From the NCBI GenBank assembly GCA_048938025.1, contig JBHLMP010000039.1, positions 1 to 35,860 of the forward strand: 35,860 nt of DNA, in the 5' to 3' direction. Source of the DNA: Promethearchaeota archaeon (lineage in GTDB: Archaea; Asgardarchaeota; Lokiarchaeia; Sigyniarchaeales; SOKP01). The position numbers were made by a program, and so were the translations under genes. Positions 8,895-19,361 of the stretch are shown piece after piece. The notes beneath the pieces are model-generated. The model made no database searches, was not told where the DNA came from, and saw only the letters and a list, made by a program, of their open reading frames with translations. Every line of letters starts with the position of its first letter. Position 1 is the stretch's first letter.

Positions 8895-10814
8895 TTATAT
8901 ATTTAATTTACTTCTCCAGAAATTAATTTTTTTTAATAACATATCTTTCTCAGAAAGATCTAATATCTTAGGGATAGATTTGAGAGCAGTGACCTCTATT
9001 CTTATTTGCCGTAGAATAGCACTAAAACCTTTTTTTTCGAGAATTTCATCCTGTAGAAGTTGTAAACCTGCGGCTAATTCATAGCCAGGTAGTGTTTCCA
9101 GATTTTTTATTAAACTATCGAATTGAAATGAGAGGTTAACATTAGCAGGACTAACAGTACCGGGATAAGTCTCTGTTTGGGGTTTAATTTCCACTTTTTC
9201 TGATGGAATTTCGATAGGTTTAACTGGTTCTGGTTCAATAGTATCTTCTACTTTGACTTTCGGTTTTTCTTTTGGTATTGAAACCCTTCGCTCGGGTTCT
9301 TTCGAGATCTCTGGCTTTATAGGCTGTTGATATTGTTGAGGTATAAATCCAATTTGATCGATTTTTTTACTTTGCATCCATACATCTTCAAGTAATCCAG
9401 CAAATAGTTTAATATGCTCATCAATCACAGAACCCATACCTGCGACTTGCATAGTTCCAAGGTCTATATCTTTAGAAATTACACAAACTATTACTTCTTC
9501 AAAATCCCTATTTACCGACCATATGTTTTCTCGTGGATAATGTCTTATATCAAAATTAGGAAATTGATTAATTTGATTTAAGATATTAACATCTTCAGGA
9601 TTACTTAAATCAAAATTAGTTGAAATCCTCACGTTTACATGTTTTTTTACCTTAGAAAGAGCGACGAAATCGACATCTTCTAGTTTTGGAGCAATAATAT
9701 AAATTCTCATTTTAATACGCGGGATTGCTTCGTTAATTTGTGCTTTCATTCCCTCGATACTCCTTACAAACCATACATCTTTAAAACTTAACATTGAAGC
9801 TTCCTTAGAACGATCCCAGAATTCTTGCATTGTTGCTTCAGCGCCATCTAGTTGAGTAATAATATTATTTATTATATCGGTTTGAAGAGTTTCAAAAATT
9901 TCTTTCTGAAATAAATTCTTTAATTCAGCAATACCTGCTATAATGTCATCATATACACCAGTAACTCTGCTTTCTAGATCTTCTAAAGTATTTTTTAATC
10001 CAGATTCTATGTCTATAAATACAGTACCTAAATCTATGCTTATTTCACCAGCAGTATCTGAAAGACTCCCCAATTGATTAATAACTTGATCAAGCATGTT
10101 TTGAGTAGTTCCAACGAATTTGGTTTTAAAATAATCTGTCAATTCATTAAATTGTTCAGAAACAACTCGAGAAACAATTTTTTCAGCCATGGCTTTTAAT
10201 GGTCCGATTCGAAATTGAGTTTCAAACTTATTTGAAATCTCGGATTTAATTGTTTCTAGTTTAGTTTCCATAATATCAAATTCTTTCGTAATATCTGCTG
10301 GTACAATCTCTTTTAAGTTTAAAATAAATCTTTTAACATCATGGAATCTCTTTACTTGTTGAAGTTCATTCTCAAATCTATCAAATTGAGTTTTAATTTG
10401 AGCAGGAAGCTTTGTTTTCATAACCTGAAGATAAGTCTTATAATCATCCAATTTTTTCAATTTTGCTGAATGTTCTTCCATGGAATCGAATCGTGCTTGC
10501 AAATTTATAGGAGAAACTTGCTGAAATGTTTTAATTGTATCTTTGAAATAGTGAATTTGATTTAAAAGCGCAGCATATGGAGGTAAAGCCATATAAAATG
10601 GTGTTTTTCCAGGAATTTCTCTAACTAAACCCTTTTCAAATAAATTTTTTGCTATTTGTACTGCTCTTTCTTCATCAACACCAGCAAGTAATGCAATTTC
10701 ACCGCTCATTACGGGCCCTCTTCCCGTTATTTTAAAATAGGTGTCAACTTCATCATGAGCTAATCCAATAAGTTTTAAAACGTGCTTTGTTGCAGATAGT
10801 TCTTCATGCGACAC
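8895..10814 (-). CDS. TrmB-like HTH + long helical/coiled-coil region + TrmB-C/PLD-like domain + Pro-rich linker + small helical domain
   Basis: N-terminal LKLIGL..DEVDTY..SGEIA..LFEKGLV..YMALPP (TrmB HTH); C-terminal VWFVRSIEG..IYIIAP..RDFEEVI..EDVWMQSK. GGTGA RBS before the GTG. Confidence 0.65.
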   Translation of the reverse strand: MSHEELSATKHVLKLIGLAHDEVDTYFKITGRGPVMSGEIALLAGVDEERAVQIAKNLFEKGLVREIPGKTPFYMALPPYAALLNQIHYFKDTIKTFQQVSPINLQARFDSMEEHSAKLKKLDDYKTYLQVMKTKLPAQIKTQFDRFENELQQVKRFHDVKRFILNLKEIVPADITKEFDIMETKLETIKSEISNKFETQFRIGPLKAMAEKIVSRVVSEQFNELTDYFKTKFVGTTQNMLDQVINQLGSLSDTAGEISIDLGTVFIDIESGLKNTLEDLESRVTGVYDDIIAGIAELKNLFQKEIFETLQTDIINNIITQLDGAEATMQEFWDRSKEASMLSFKDVWFVRSIEGMKAQINEAIPRIKMRIYIIAPKLEDVDFVALSKVKKHVNVRISTNFDLSNPEDVNILNQINQFPNFDIRHYPRENIWSVNRDFEEVIVCVISKDIDLGTMQVAGMGSVIDEHIKLFAGLLEDVWMQSKKIDQIGFIPQQYQQPIKPEISKEPERRVSIPKEKPKVKVEDTIEPEPVKPIEIPSEKVEIKPQTETYPGTVSPANVNLSFQFDSLIKNLETLPGYELAAGLQLLQDEILEKKGFSAILRQIRIEVTALKSIPKILDLSEKDMLLKKINFWRSKLNI

Positions 10815-10832
10815 TATTAATAGATCACCTAA

Positions 10833-11960
10833 TTATTTCTTATATGCTTCTTCGAGTAATTCTAAATGTTTAATTGCATATTCTTTTTTAAGAGTCCCTT
10901 CCATGCGATGTTGTCGAATTTTCTCAATGATATATTCAGGATAAAATGTAGGAGTTGCAATATCAGTAAATAAGAATACCCATAAAGTACCTTTGCTATC
11001 CCTTAATATTTTTATAATTTGATCTTGCTCCATACTTTTTAAAAACTCCCCAATTTGTTCAACACTTTCACCAGGTCCTTTAGGAATTTTATTTATAGGA
11101 TACGCTCTTTCTCTAAAAAGCGTGATAAAATCATATTTATCAGGATTTATCATATTTTTAGCTATCTTTAAATTATCTTCTAAACTGGGTCTGTAGGTTT
11201 TAAAGAAATTGTTTACTTCTTCGAGATAAATTGTGGCTAATTCTGGAGTAGGAAGTTTTTTTCTCGCGTCCTCAATTAGTTTAGTGACAGGTGCTCTGAA
11301 AATAGTAAAATCAGAAAGCAGAAATAATGAAATATCCGAATCCCCTTCAATCCAATCTTGTTTGATAATTCCAGTTTTTACAAAAGGATCCAATGTAACT
11401 TCAATATTGGATATTATTTTGCTCAATTTTTCTTCTAAAATAGCTTGCAATTCTTTCCTGGATAATGGTCTATCCTGTAAAACCTCTAAAATTTTTCTTG
11501 CTTTTTCACTAGTATAAATTTGTGCTAATCTTTGTTCTTTTGTTAAATTTTTTAACCTCTCTAAAAGAAATAATGCGTTTTTCAGATAATTTTTTAATTG
11601 ATTTACAATGTCGTAAGTTTGGGAAATATCTGTTCCCATTTGTTGCAGATAATATAAAGATGTTTCATTAATTTCTCGAATTACTGCTTCACCAAACATA
11701 TCAGGGTCTTCTCCTAATTCCAACATTAAATTTACCATTATGGGTCTTTGAGAGTCCATTCCAGTAAAAAAACTTGCCACATTGGAACGTGCTTTCTCTA
11801 GTCTCACTAAAACATTTCCTGCCTCTCCTGCCCCCGTTATATGGGCATAGAAAATGCGCATCATATCATCTAAATCGATTTCTAGGCTTTCAGGATAATT
11901 AAGCGTAACAGCTAAACCTCGATCTTCAGTCCATTCAGTAATTATAAATCCTTTTGGCAT
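10833..11960 (-). CDS. Hypothetical protein: N-terminal longin/uDENN-like domain plus winged-helix region(s)
   Basis: MPKGFIITEWTEDRGLAVTLNYP resembles a uDENN/longin start; KILEVLQDRPLSRKELQAIL..LDPFVKTGII resembles a wHTH. Confidence 0.55.
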   Translation of the reverse strand: MPKGFIITEWTEDRGLAVTLNYPESLEIDLDDMMRIFYAHITGAGEAGNVLVRLEKARSNVASFFTGMDSQRPIMVNLMLELGEDPDMFGEAVIREINETSLYYLQQMGTDISQTYDIVNQLKNYLKNALFLLERLKNLTKEQRLAQIYTSEKARKILEVLQDRPLSRKELQAILEEKLSKIISNIEVTLDPFVKTGIIKQDWIEGDSDISLFLLSDFTIFRAPVTKLIEDARKKLPTPELATIYLEEVNNFFKTYRPSLEDNLKIAKNMINPDKYDFITLFRERAYPINKIPKGPGESVEQIGEFLKSMEQDQIIKILRDSKGTLWVFLFTDIATPTFYPEYIIEKIRQHRMEGTLKKEYAIKHLELLEEAYKK

Positions 11961-14900
11961 TTAATTCACATCCTCATTTATATTCAATTTTCCTATTGTA
12001 TCAATTTTTTCAGGTGTTATTTCTAAACTTAAATTTTTCACATTATTTTGCAGATTATTTGTTATAATCTCTTCTCGTGTATTTACCATAACTGGTTTTG
12101 TCTTTTTTACTTTACTTACCTTTTTCCTTAAAGATCTTATCTTCCTCACTAGAGGGGGAAATCGCCAACGTTTAATATATAGGGTAAAAATCGTACCAAC
12201 AACTGCTATTACGCCAAGAAATCCGTAAATCAAGATTGGGACAAGCCAACTTAAATTAGGTCCGGTGGATGGGGTGGGGGCAGTTACAACTAATGTTATG
12301 GTGTAAGTTACAAAATTATAATCATCCCCTGCATAAGCAGATATCCATAGTGTTTGAACTCCTTCTCTAACATTTAATAAAGTTGCATTGTATATCCCAT
12401 CATTATCTAGATCTTCAAGGTCACCCCCCGGTCCATGAGACCACAAGTATGTTACTATAGCATTAGTAATAGTGTTATTTAACGGATCTTTTAAAATGAT
12501 TTGTAATAACACATCCTCTCCTACTTCCGCTTCTATTTGAGCACCTCCATCTTCTCGGCTAATAGTTCCAACTATTTTAATGATAGTAATTACTCCTCCT
12601 TTAGTCTTAGGTACATAATTGGGCGCATAAGCGAGAATTGAAAATTCATATGCTCCAGTACCTAAAATAGTTGTATTAAGACCGCCTGGGATATAATATT
12701 GCCCTAAGCCAGTATATTCTGTTAAATTGAAAGTCAATTTCCCTCCTATCAATTGTACTGTCAATTGTACTGTTGCATTGGCAATATGTTGTGATTCATT
12801 ATCCATGTATTTCACAGTTATATTTAAGAACTCGTTTATTGTAATTTCATACGTGACTAGATCTTCTGTTTGAGGATCGCCGTCTAAAAATAATTGTAAT
12901 TGCGAGGATCTTTTACCCACTTCAATCCAAAATTGTATGGTTTGAGGCTGATAATTAAGGACTTCTGCAAATACAGTTAATACAGTAATTCCTTCACCTA
13001 AATCAGTAGCTTTTATACTATAATTGTAATAGCTACTTTTTTCTTCAAAATATCTATCTGGACCTATTCCTATTAAACTAACATTTGCGTTCGGTAGATG
13101 GTTACTTGTTAATTGATCACTGAAAGTTATAGACACATTTATGACTGCATCAAGTTCAACTGCAATTTTACCATTATTAGATGTTTCATTACCGTTTAAA
13201 AATAACTTTAAAGAAGACGCTAATTCAGTAATTTGGACTCTAATTAGAACAGATTGGGGTTCATATTTATATGGATCTATTGAAATAATGAAGGATTGAA
13301 GTGTGAGTGCTGCATAAGCAGATGTATTACATTCTAGTTCATAATGTCCAACGCTAGGTTGTGTTAAATGATAATCACCAAGCCATTCATCAATAGTAAT
13401 GTCTGTTGTATCAATCCAATTTAGAGGATTATTTTTTTCTGTATAATTAAATCGCACAGTAAAATTTTGTTTCCAAGGAGTAGTGAAAAAATCAGTTTCA
13501 ACCGTCAAAATTGTCTCTTTAATTACATCAATTGTAATATTTATGGTTTTATTCAAATAATAGCTTGAATTAGCATAAATCGTTACAGTATTGTTTCCTG
13601 CCTCAGCTTTAGAAGCATTAAATTCATATAAATAAAATCCTGGACTAGTTTGGATTAATGATTCATCGACTCCTATAAAATCTGTGTATACATATGCATT
13701 CGCAATAGCTGTACCATCTATTAAATCTCTAAATGATACTTTAATATTAATTATTCTATCGTCAATTACATTTTCAATGAAATATATACCTTCATCAGGG
13801 TAAAGAAGAGAATCATGGATTACTGTAAACTTTTTATAAATAATCCCTGTTTCATTTGTACCAAAGGATGAATATGAGTTATTCCAAGTGATAACCGCAT
13901 CATATTCTCCTGCTTTATAATTTGGAACATTATCAGGGATCATAATAGGATCAAAATAGACCATTCCAGTACTATCAACTAGTTTTGTTTGAGTTGCTGA
14001 TGTCCATATCGAACCATTTGGAAATCTTATTTGAAGCTGGGCCTTGGTTTGTTGAATATATCCAGAAACCAAAGCGGAATTATAAATGTCTCCAGTAATG
14101 TTAATATATTCTCCACTTAGGAATTTATTATTAAGCACCCATGGTCCAGTAGCAGTAGGACCGTTATATATATTTAACTCTGAACAATAATTAGGTGATA
14201 CTGCTGTTAACTTCCAAAATCCATTTGTATTACTTGTTATGGAACTTACTGGAATATTCACAATCTTTTTGTTTCCATATTCTGTTATAGTAGTTTCCGA
14301 AATATTATTAGGATTTTGAGAGAAGAATACGCCTATTAAATTGTAATCTGAAGGGTATTCAACAGTCATATTTGTTTCTTCATACCCTGCTGGAATCTCC
14401 ATATGTGCATACGTGGTCCAATTTATATTACTATTATTAGAGCCTATAAATGAAGATCCTTGATATTGCAAGTCCGGGTTCGTAGTATAATATGTTTCTG
14501 GTTCAGGTTTAGTTGTATATAAATTCAAATCAGTACTAAGTTCAACTTTATAGCTTATCAGAATTCCATCATCTTGATAAGTGAATGGCCAATTCGCATC
14601 ACTACTAAAATTTGCAATTACGGAAGATTGAATACTTCCATTCCAGTTACCTAAGAGTCCAAGGTTTCCTTCACCATAATTAGTATTATCATTCACATCT
14701 TCGCCATTTAATTGCAGTTCCAAATGAGACGGTTTAGCTTTCGCTTTTACAGTTAATGAAACATTATCGAATAAAAGTGAATGGTCTCCATACCCAGGAG
14801 TGTCTTCTCCACTTACTCTTTTAAATTCTAATGTAACATTCATGTTTTTAAGGCCATCGGGAAAAATTTGTGCATCATTACTATCTAAGTATATGGAATA

Positions 14901-15710
14901 TGGTTGATACCATTCGCCGTAATTTCCTATACTGGGATTCCCGCTTACTTCCAAAATTGATGCAAGACCCATTCCCCATATAATTTTATCATTCACGACA
15001 ACTTGAAGCACCATGTGATTATTGTAATCATCAGCAGACTTCGCTCGTACTGAAAAACTTAACCACGCTTCCTCGACATCCCCTCTATCCAGTTCAATAG
15101 GAGTTTCCCACCAACATTTATCGCCAACATCATAACGCCCATTATAATCACCATCGATTGCGAGCTGCACACAATCTTGTCCATCTGAGTAGGGCGAGGA
15201 GGTATCATGATAATTTCCACTCATAGGATTATTATATGATCCTACATCCTGCTCATGAAATGTCCAATTAAGAACATAATTACTATCATCTTCATTAGTA
15301 GAATAATCATTATCATCAGGACCAGCGTGAAACGTTCCATTAATCCAATTTCTGGTGTCATATAAATTATTTATTGTAGAATTTAATTGGTATCCATTCC
15401 ATCCATATAATTCTACTTTTGCATGAGTATCATCATAAGAATTATTATAAAAACTTACTCCTAAATTTGATTTTGTATAATTAGCATAGTGAGTTACATT
15501 CCAAGGAGCACCTATGCCTGTGAAAGTATTATCAGTCGCTAAACTATCAGAAGTAAAAATATTTGGTATTTCTTCAGAAGGAGGAATACCTTTAACATTA
15601 TTCAAATTATTCGAAGTACTAATTGAAAATAAATAAGAAAGTGGAAATGAAGATAAAACTATGCAAAGTAATATTACCAAACTTTTAATCCTAATACTTT
15701 TCAATTTCAT
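11961..15710 (-). CDS. Large secreted single-pass surface glycoprotein with tandem Ig-like domains and a basic cytoplasmic tail
   Basis: Signal peptide; many N-x-S/T sequons; about 100-aa repeats (INIKVSFRD / FTVRFNYTE / INVSITFSD / LNITVKYMD / LLQIILKD); Pro/Thr linker; TM; FPPLVRKIRSLRKK tail. Confidence 0.8.
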   Translation of the reverse strand: MKLKSIRIKSLVILLCIVLSSFPLSYLFSISTSNNLNNVKGIPPSEEIPNIFTSDSLATDNTFTGIGAPWNVTHYANYTKSNLGVSFYNNSYDDTHAKVELYGWNGYQLNSTINNLYDTRNWINGTFHAGPDDNDYSTNEDDSNYVLNWTFHEQDVGSYNNPMSGNYHDTSSPYSDGQDCVQLAIDGDYNGRYDVGDKCWWETPIELDRGDVEEAWLSFSVRAKSADDYNNHMVLQVVVNDKIIWGMGLASILEVSGNPSIGNYGEWYQPYSIYLDSNDAQIFPDGLKNMNVTLEFKRVSGEDTPGYGDHSLLFDNVSLTVKAKAKPSHLELQLNGEDVNDNTNYGEGNLGLLGNWNGSIQSSVIANFSSDANWPFTYQDDGILISYKVELSTDLNLYTTKPEPETYYTTNPDLQYQGSSFIGSNNSNINWTTYAHMEIPAGYEETNMTVEYPSDYNLIGVFFSQNPNNISETTITEYGNKKIVNIPVSSITSNTNGFWKLTAVSPNYCSELNIYNGPTATGPWVLNNKFLSGEYINITGDIYNSALVSGYIQQTKAQLQIRFPNGSIWTSATQTKLVDSTGMVYFDPIMIPDNVPNYKAGEYDAVITWNNSYSSFGTNETGIIYKKFTVIHDSLLYPDEGIYFIENVIDDRIINIKVSFRDLIDGTAIANAYVYTDFIGVDESLIQTSPGFYLYEFNASKAEAGNNTVTIYANSSYYLNKTINITIDVIKETILTVETDFFTTPWKQNFTVRFNYTEKNNPLNWIDTTDITIDEWLGDYHLTQPSVGHYELECNTSAYAALTLQSFIISIDPYKYEPQSVLIRVQITELASSLKLFLNGNETSNNGKIAVELDAVINVSITFSDQLTSNHLPNANVSLIGIGPDRYFEEKSSYYNYSIKATDLGEGITVLTVFAEVLNYQPQTIQFWIEVGKRSSQLQLFLDGDPQTEDLVTYEITINEFLNITVKYMDNESQHIANATVQLTVQLIGGKLTFNLTEYTGLGQYYIPGGLNTTILGTGAYEFSILAYAPNYVPKTKGGVITIIKIVGTISREDGGAQIEAEVGEDVLLQIILKDPLNNTITNAIVTYLWSHGPGGDLEDLDNDGIYNATLLNVREGVQTLWISAYAGDDYNFVTYTITLVVTAPTPSTGPNLSWLVPILIYGFLGVIAVVGTIFTLYIKRWRFPPLVRKIRSLRKKVSKVKKTKPVMVNTREEIITNNLQNNVKNLSLEITPEKIDTIGKLNINEDVN

Positions 15711-15913
15711 TTATATCCCTCAAGAAATACAAAAAATTGACATTTTTTATTATTCATTTTTAAAAAATTGATATGTTTATTTTTATTTTATATAAAGTTT
15801 TTAAAATATGAATAAAAGATAAATTCTGGTATATAAATATCTTTTTATACTTAATTGACCAAAATATAATGTTCAAATAAAATTCACTAATATCTCTATT
15901 ATCTTTTAAACTT

Positions 15914-17533
15914 TTATTTTTTCATTTGAGTTAATTCTATATCTAAATTTTTAATTTGATTTTGAAAATTACTCCTAACAATCTTTTCTCTCTTATTTAC
16001 TATAATTGGTTTAGTTTTCTTACTTTTTCTCACTTTTTTCCTCAATTTTTTTATTTTTCTCACTAATGGTGGGTATTTAAAATGAGTTTGGTATAAGATA
16101 ATAATTGTAATGAGACCTGCCATAGCTCCAATTAATATATAAATGAGCCACATCCAATCGAATCCCTCTTCAATCGGTTCATCAGGTATTATTATAATAT
16201 AAGAAAGAACTAAAGAAATGTCATCAATCGAAACGGAAATTGTATCATTTAAAGCAAAATCGTCTGCTATTGAGACTTGTAATGAAAAGTTCACATTATC
16301 AGTAATTAAACTAGTGATATCAAAACCTCCTGATTTTGCGTCTTGAGGTGAGGTTGTTGCTGAGCTTAGTTTTACAGTCTCTGTATGTTTATTGTCATTG
16401 ATTAAAATTTGAATTTCAGAATTTGGTGATAATTCTGGCCAAGTTTGATTAACTTTGTATTTGAAATTAAGGTTTGCCCCAATAACTATAACTGTTTCAT
16501 TACTAATGTCGCTTATTCTCTTGCAAATTTGATTCCATGATACACTAGATAATTGGTTTATTTTTTTCTCATAATCAAACGTTAAATTACATATCTTTAT
16601 TAATAAGGAGTAGTATGTATCCCGATCAGACTGTCCGTAATTATCCTCGCAATCTATGTCTATTCCTAAAATAATAGTAAAATTCCGATGGTCATATTCA
16701 AAGACTCGATTTAAGTAATAATTCAAAACATCAAGTGGTACAGCTATCATTACTGTGTCATTTATGTTATCGATGGATCCATAATTAGTACTAGCATCCA
16801 AAGAACCATTCCCTAAATAAACTGGTTCATAGCTAGCTATTTCATATCTTATTTTATCTTCTAGATTTGTGAGTTGGACATAAAATTTAGTATGATCATT
16901 TTCTGCTCGAGTAGGGTTGATCCCAGTCAATGTATCATTTGGGGTTTCTACATTAATATTAGCACTTCCATTAAAAATGGATATTACTTCAGCTGAAGTA
17001 ATAAGATAATCGCTCATATCAATTGGCATTTCGACAAGTCTTTTCCATAGTACACTGGGTCGATTGCGAGTTTGGTTTCCAGGATATCCATATAGATTAT
17101 CGCCTGAGCCCTCCCAATATTCATGTGATGCATTGCAACCAAATTCATTGATTTCATAGCGATCGGGATAAATAGAATCTTCTGCTCTTTTCATCGGATC
17201 CCAATCACCAGATTGGGGTGTTCCATTGATATTGGAAAACGATCTTTTATTACCTAATATTAAAAAATTGGCCTGCCCTCCACTAATAGTTGCATTAACG
17301 TCTGTAGGATCTCCTAAACTCCCAATATCAGAAAACCATGATGCATTAGTTGTAAAGTTATTATTTACAAGCCATTCTTCTGTATAAAATTCTTCTGTTG
17401 ATAAACTTACATTTTTATGTTCATTAAAATCTATTGAGGTGTTTACCAAGTTTAGCAAAGTGACTTGAAAAAGGATTGGAATTATAAATAAAGAGATTAT
17501 AAAGAATAGCATCAGTTTTTTCGAAAATTTCAT
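15914..17533 (-). CDS. Secreted single-pass surface protein (paralog A) with the conserved basic tail
   Basis: Signal peptide, beta-rich ectodomain with sequons, TM, then YQTHFKYPPLVRKIKKLRKK. Confidence 0.8.
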   Translation of the reverse strand: MKFSKKLMLFFIISLFIIPILFQVTLLNLVNTSIDFNEHKNVSLSTEEFYTEEWLVNNNFTTNASWFSDIGSLGDPTDVNATISGGQANFLILGNKRSFSNINGTPQSGDWDPMKRAEDSIYPDRYEINEFGCNASHEYWEGSGDNLYGYPGNQTRNRPSVLWKRLVEMPIDMSDYLITSAEVISIFNGSANINVETPNDTLTGINPTRAENDHTKFYVQLTNLEDKIRYEIASYEPVYLGNGSLDASTNYGSIDNINDTVMIAVPLDVLNYYLNRVFEYDHRNFTIILGIDIDCEDNYGQSDRDTYYSLLIKICNLTFDYEKKINQLSSVSWNQICKRISDISNETVIVIGANLNFKYKVNQTWPELSPNSEIQILINDNKHTETVKLSSATTSPQDAKSGGFDITSLITDNVNFSLQVSIADDFALNDTISVSIDDISLVLSYIIIIPDEPIEEGFDWMWLIYILIGAMAGLITIIILYQTHFKYPPLVRKIKKLRKKVRKSKKTKPIIVNKREKIVRSNFQNQIKNLDIELTQMKK

Positions 17534-19167
17534 TGCTGTACCTCCCCTGTACTATTTTTAGTAATTTCATTTTTAATAATTCCCTCTTCTTTAATTGGTT
17601 CCAATTTTAATATTTGTTTGGAATCATGATAATTTTTTATTATAATATCATCTCGCGTTTTAAGTATTCTAGTTTTGGTTTTCTTGCCTTTTCTCATTTT
17701 TTTCCTCAATTTTTTTATTTTTCTCACCAATGGTGGATATTTAAAATGAGTTTGGTATAAAGTAAAAACAGTGATTAGACCAATGATTCCAATCCCTAAT
17801 GTATAAATGATCCAAGAATAATCTGGTTTTTTTACTATTGACTCTGGTTCAATTATAATGTATGATATTATGAGGGAAGCATTATCTATAGAAATGGTTA
17901 TATTATCATCCCATTTAAAATCATCAGCAATATAAACTTCAAATGAAACATTCACATCGTCTGTTATTAAGTTAGTAACATCAAATCCCCCTAATTTTGC
18001 AGGTTGATATGATGTATTCGTAGAATCTAATTTAATCACTTCAGGAAGCTTATTATTGTTAACTATCATACAAAGTTCGGAATTTGGAGATGAATTTGTA
18101 GGCCAATCCTGATCAATTTTATAATTAAAATTTAATAAAGCATTATCAACTAAAACTGTATACGGACTCAGATCGCTTATTTTGTCACAATCTTGATTCC
18201 AAGAGATTGATGTAAACTTATCTATTATTTTCTCGTAATTAAAAGAGAAATTGCATGATTTGATACGTAAGGAATACCAAGTATCAATTTCTAGACCGGG
18301 ATAATTATCTTCACAGTAAATATCTATTCCTAATGTAAATGTAAAGTTGCGATTATCATGCCCTAGAACGCGATCTAAGAAAAATATTATATCTTCTTCA
18401 TCAATCGGTGTCATGTACTCTTTAGTTATGTTATCTTGACCACCTCTACCCGTTCGTCCCCAAGTACCCATCCCTAAATTTACAGTTTGATTGTATGCTA
18501 ATTCATAACTCTCAATTCTATTTAAATCAGAAATTAATACAAAAAATCGAGCATGATCATATTCTGCTGCATAACCGCTGTCAAGTAATGTATCTGTTGG
18601 AGTTTCAAGATTTATATCTGCAGTAGCATTAAAGATGGCAGATAAGTCTGCTGATGTAATAATATAATCATCCATATTTACAGGCATTGTTATGTTTCTT
18701 TTCCAATGGATAATTGGATTATTGCGACTTTGATCAACATTTTCATCATATTCATTATCCGCCCAAAAACCGTATTGATCAAGCCCCATATTATCGGGAA
18801 GAACAGATATCGGAGATTCCTTAGCAGCAATCCACTTTTGGTAAGTATTATTTATGGGAATACCTGAAATATTATTGAATGTTCTTTTTTCTCCGACGAT
18901 AATAAAATTTGCTTGACCCTCACTAATAGAGGCATCTACATCATTTTTATCTCCAGATTCACTTGAAATCCAAAATTGTTGTGTATCAAAATTAGAATTA
19001 TTTAACCATTGTCTTGTACCTGTAATTTCTTTTGAAAGTTGAATATCCTCATTCTTTTTCTGAATAGAAGAGAAATAAGTAGAATTTATAGTAAATGGTT
19101 GAAAATAAATTGGAAAAATTATGAAGAATAATATTACCAAACAGAATATGGTTTTTTTATCTTTCAT
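17530..19167 (-). CDS. Secreted single-pass surface protein (paralog B) with the conserved basic tail
   Basis: Colinear with paralog A (GQANF, QxRNxP, ETPxD, CEDNY, GGFD). Its stop overlaps the paralog A start (ATGA). Confidence 0.8.
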   Translation of the reverse strand: MKDKKTIFCLVILFFIIFPIYFQPFTINSTYFSSIQKKNEDIQLSKEITGTRQWLNNSNFDTQQFWISSESGDKNDVDASISEGQANFIIVGEKRTFNNISGIPINNTYQKWIAAKESPISVLPDNMGLDQYGFWADNEYDENVDQSRNNPIIHWKRNITMPVNMDDYIITSADLSAIFNATADINLETPTDTLLDSGYAAEYDHARFFVLISDLNRIESYELAYNQTVNLGMGTWGRTGRGGQDNITKEYMTPIDEEDIIFFLDRVLGHDNRNFTFTLGIDIYCEDNYPGLEIDTWYSLRIKSCNFSFNYEKIIDKFTSISWNQDCDKISDLSPYTVLVDNALLNFNYKIDQDWPTNSSPNSELCMIVNNNKLPEVIKLDSTNTSYQPAKLGGFDVTNLITDDVNVSFEVYIADDFKWDDNITISIDNASLIISYIIIEPESIVKKPDYSWIIYTLGIGIIGLITVFTLYQTHFKYPPLVRKIKKLRKKMRKGKKTKTRILKTRDDIIIKNYHDSKQILKLEPIKEEGIIKNEITKNSTGEVQQ

Positions 19168-19361
19168 TTTAATTCCATTGAATTAGATAATTATAGTGAT
19201 TTCAAAAATGAATTTAACTAAGAATTCTATTCATTAATAATTACTTAATATAAGATTATTATAAATTTTTGTAGGGTGTGAAAATTATTTGAGAAAGAAA
19301 GTTATATTAATTTTTTTCTTAAAAATCTTCAAGTTATTTAGAATAATTAGCATTAGTGTAG

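Noticed and set aside
12749-12772. 12-bp tandem duplication TCAATTGTACTG (TVQL-TVQL)
   Set aside because: A single in-frame slippage event with no evident function.
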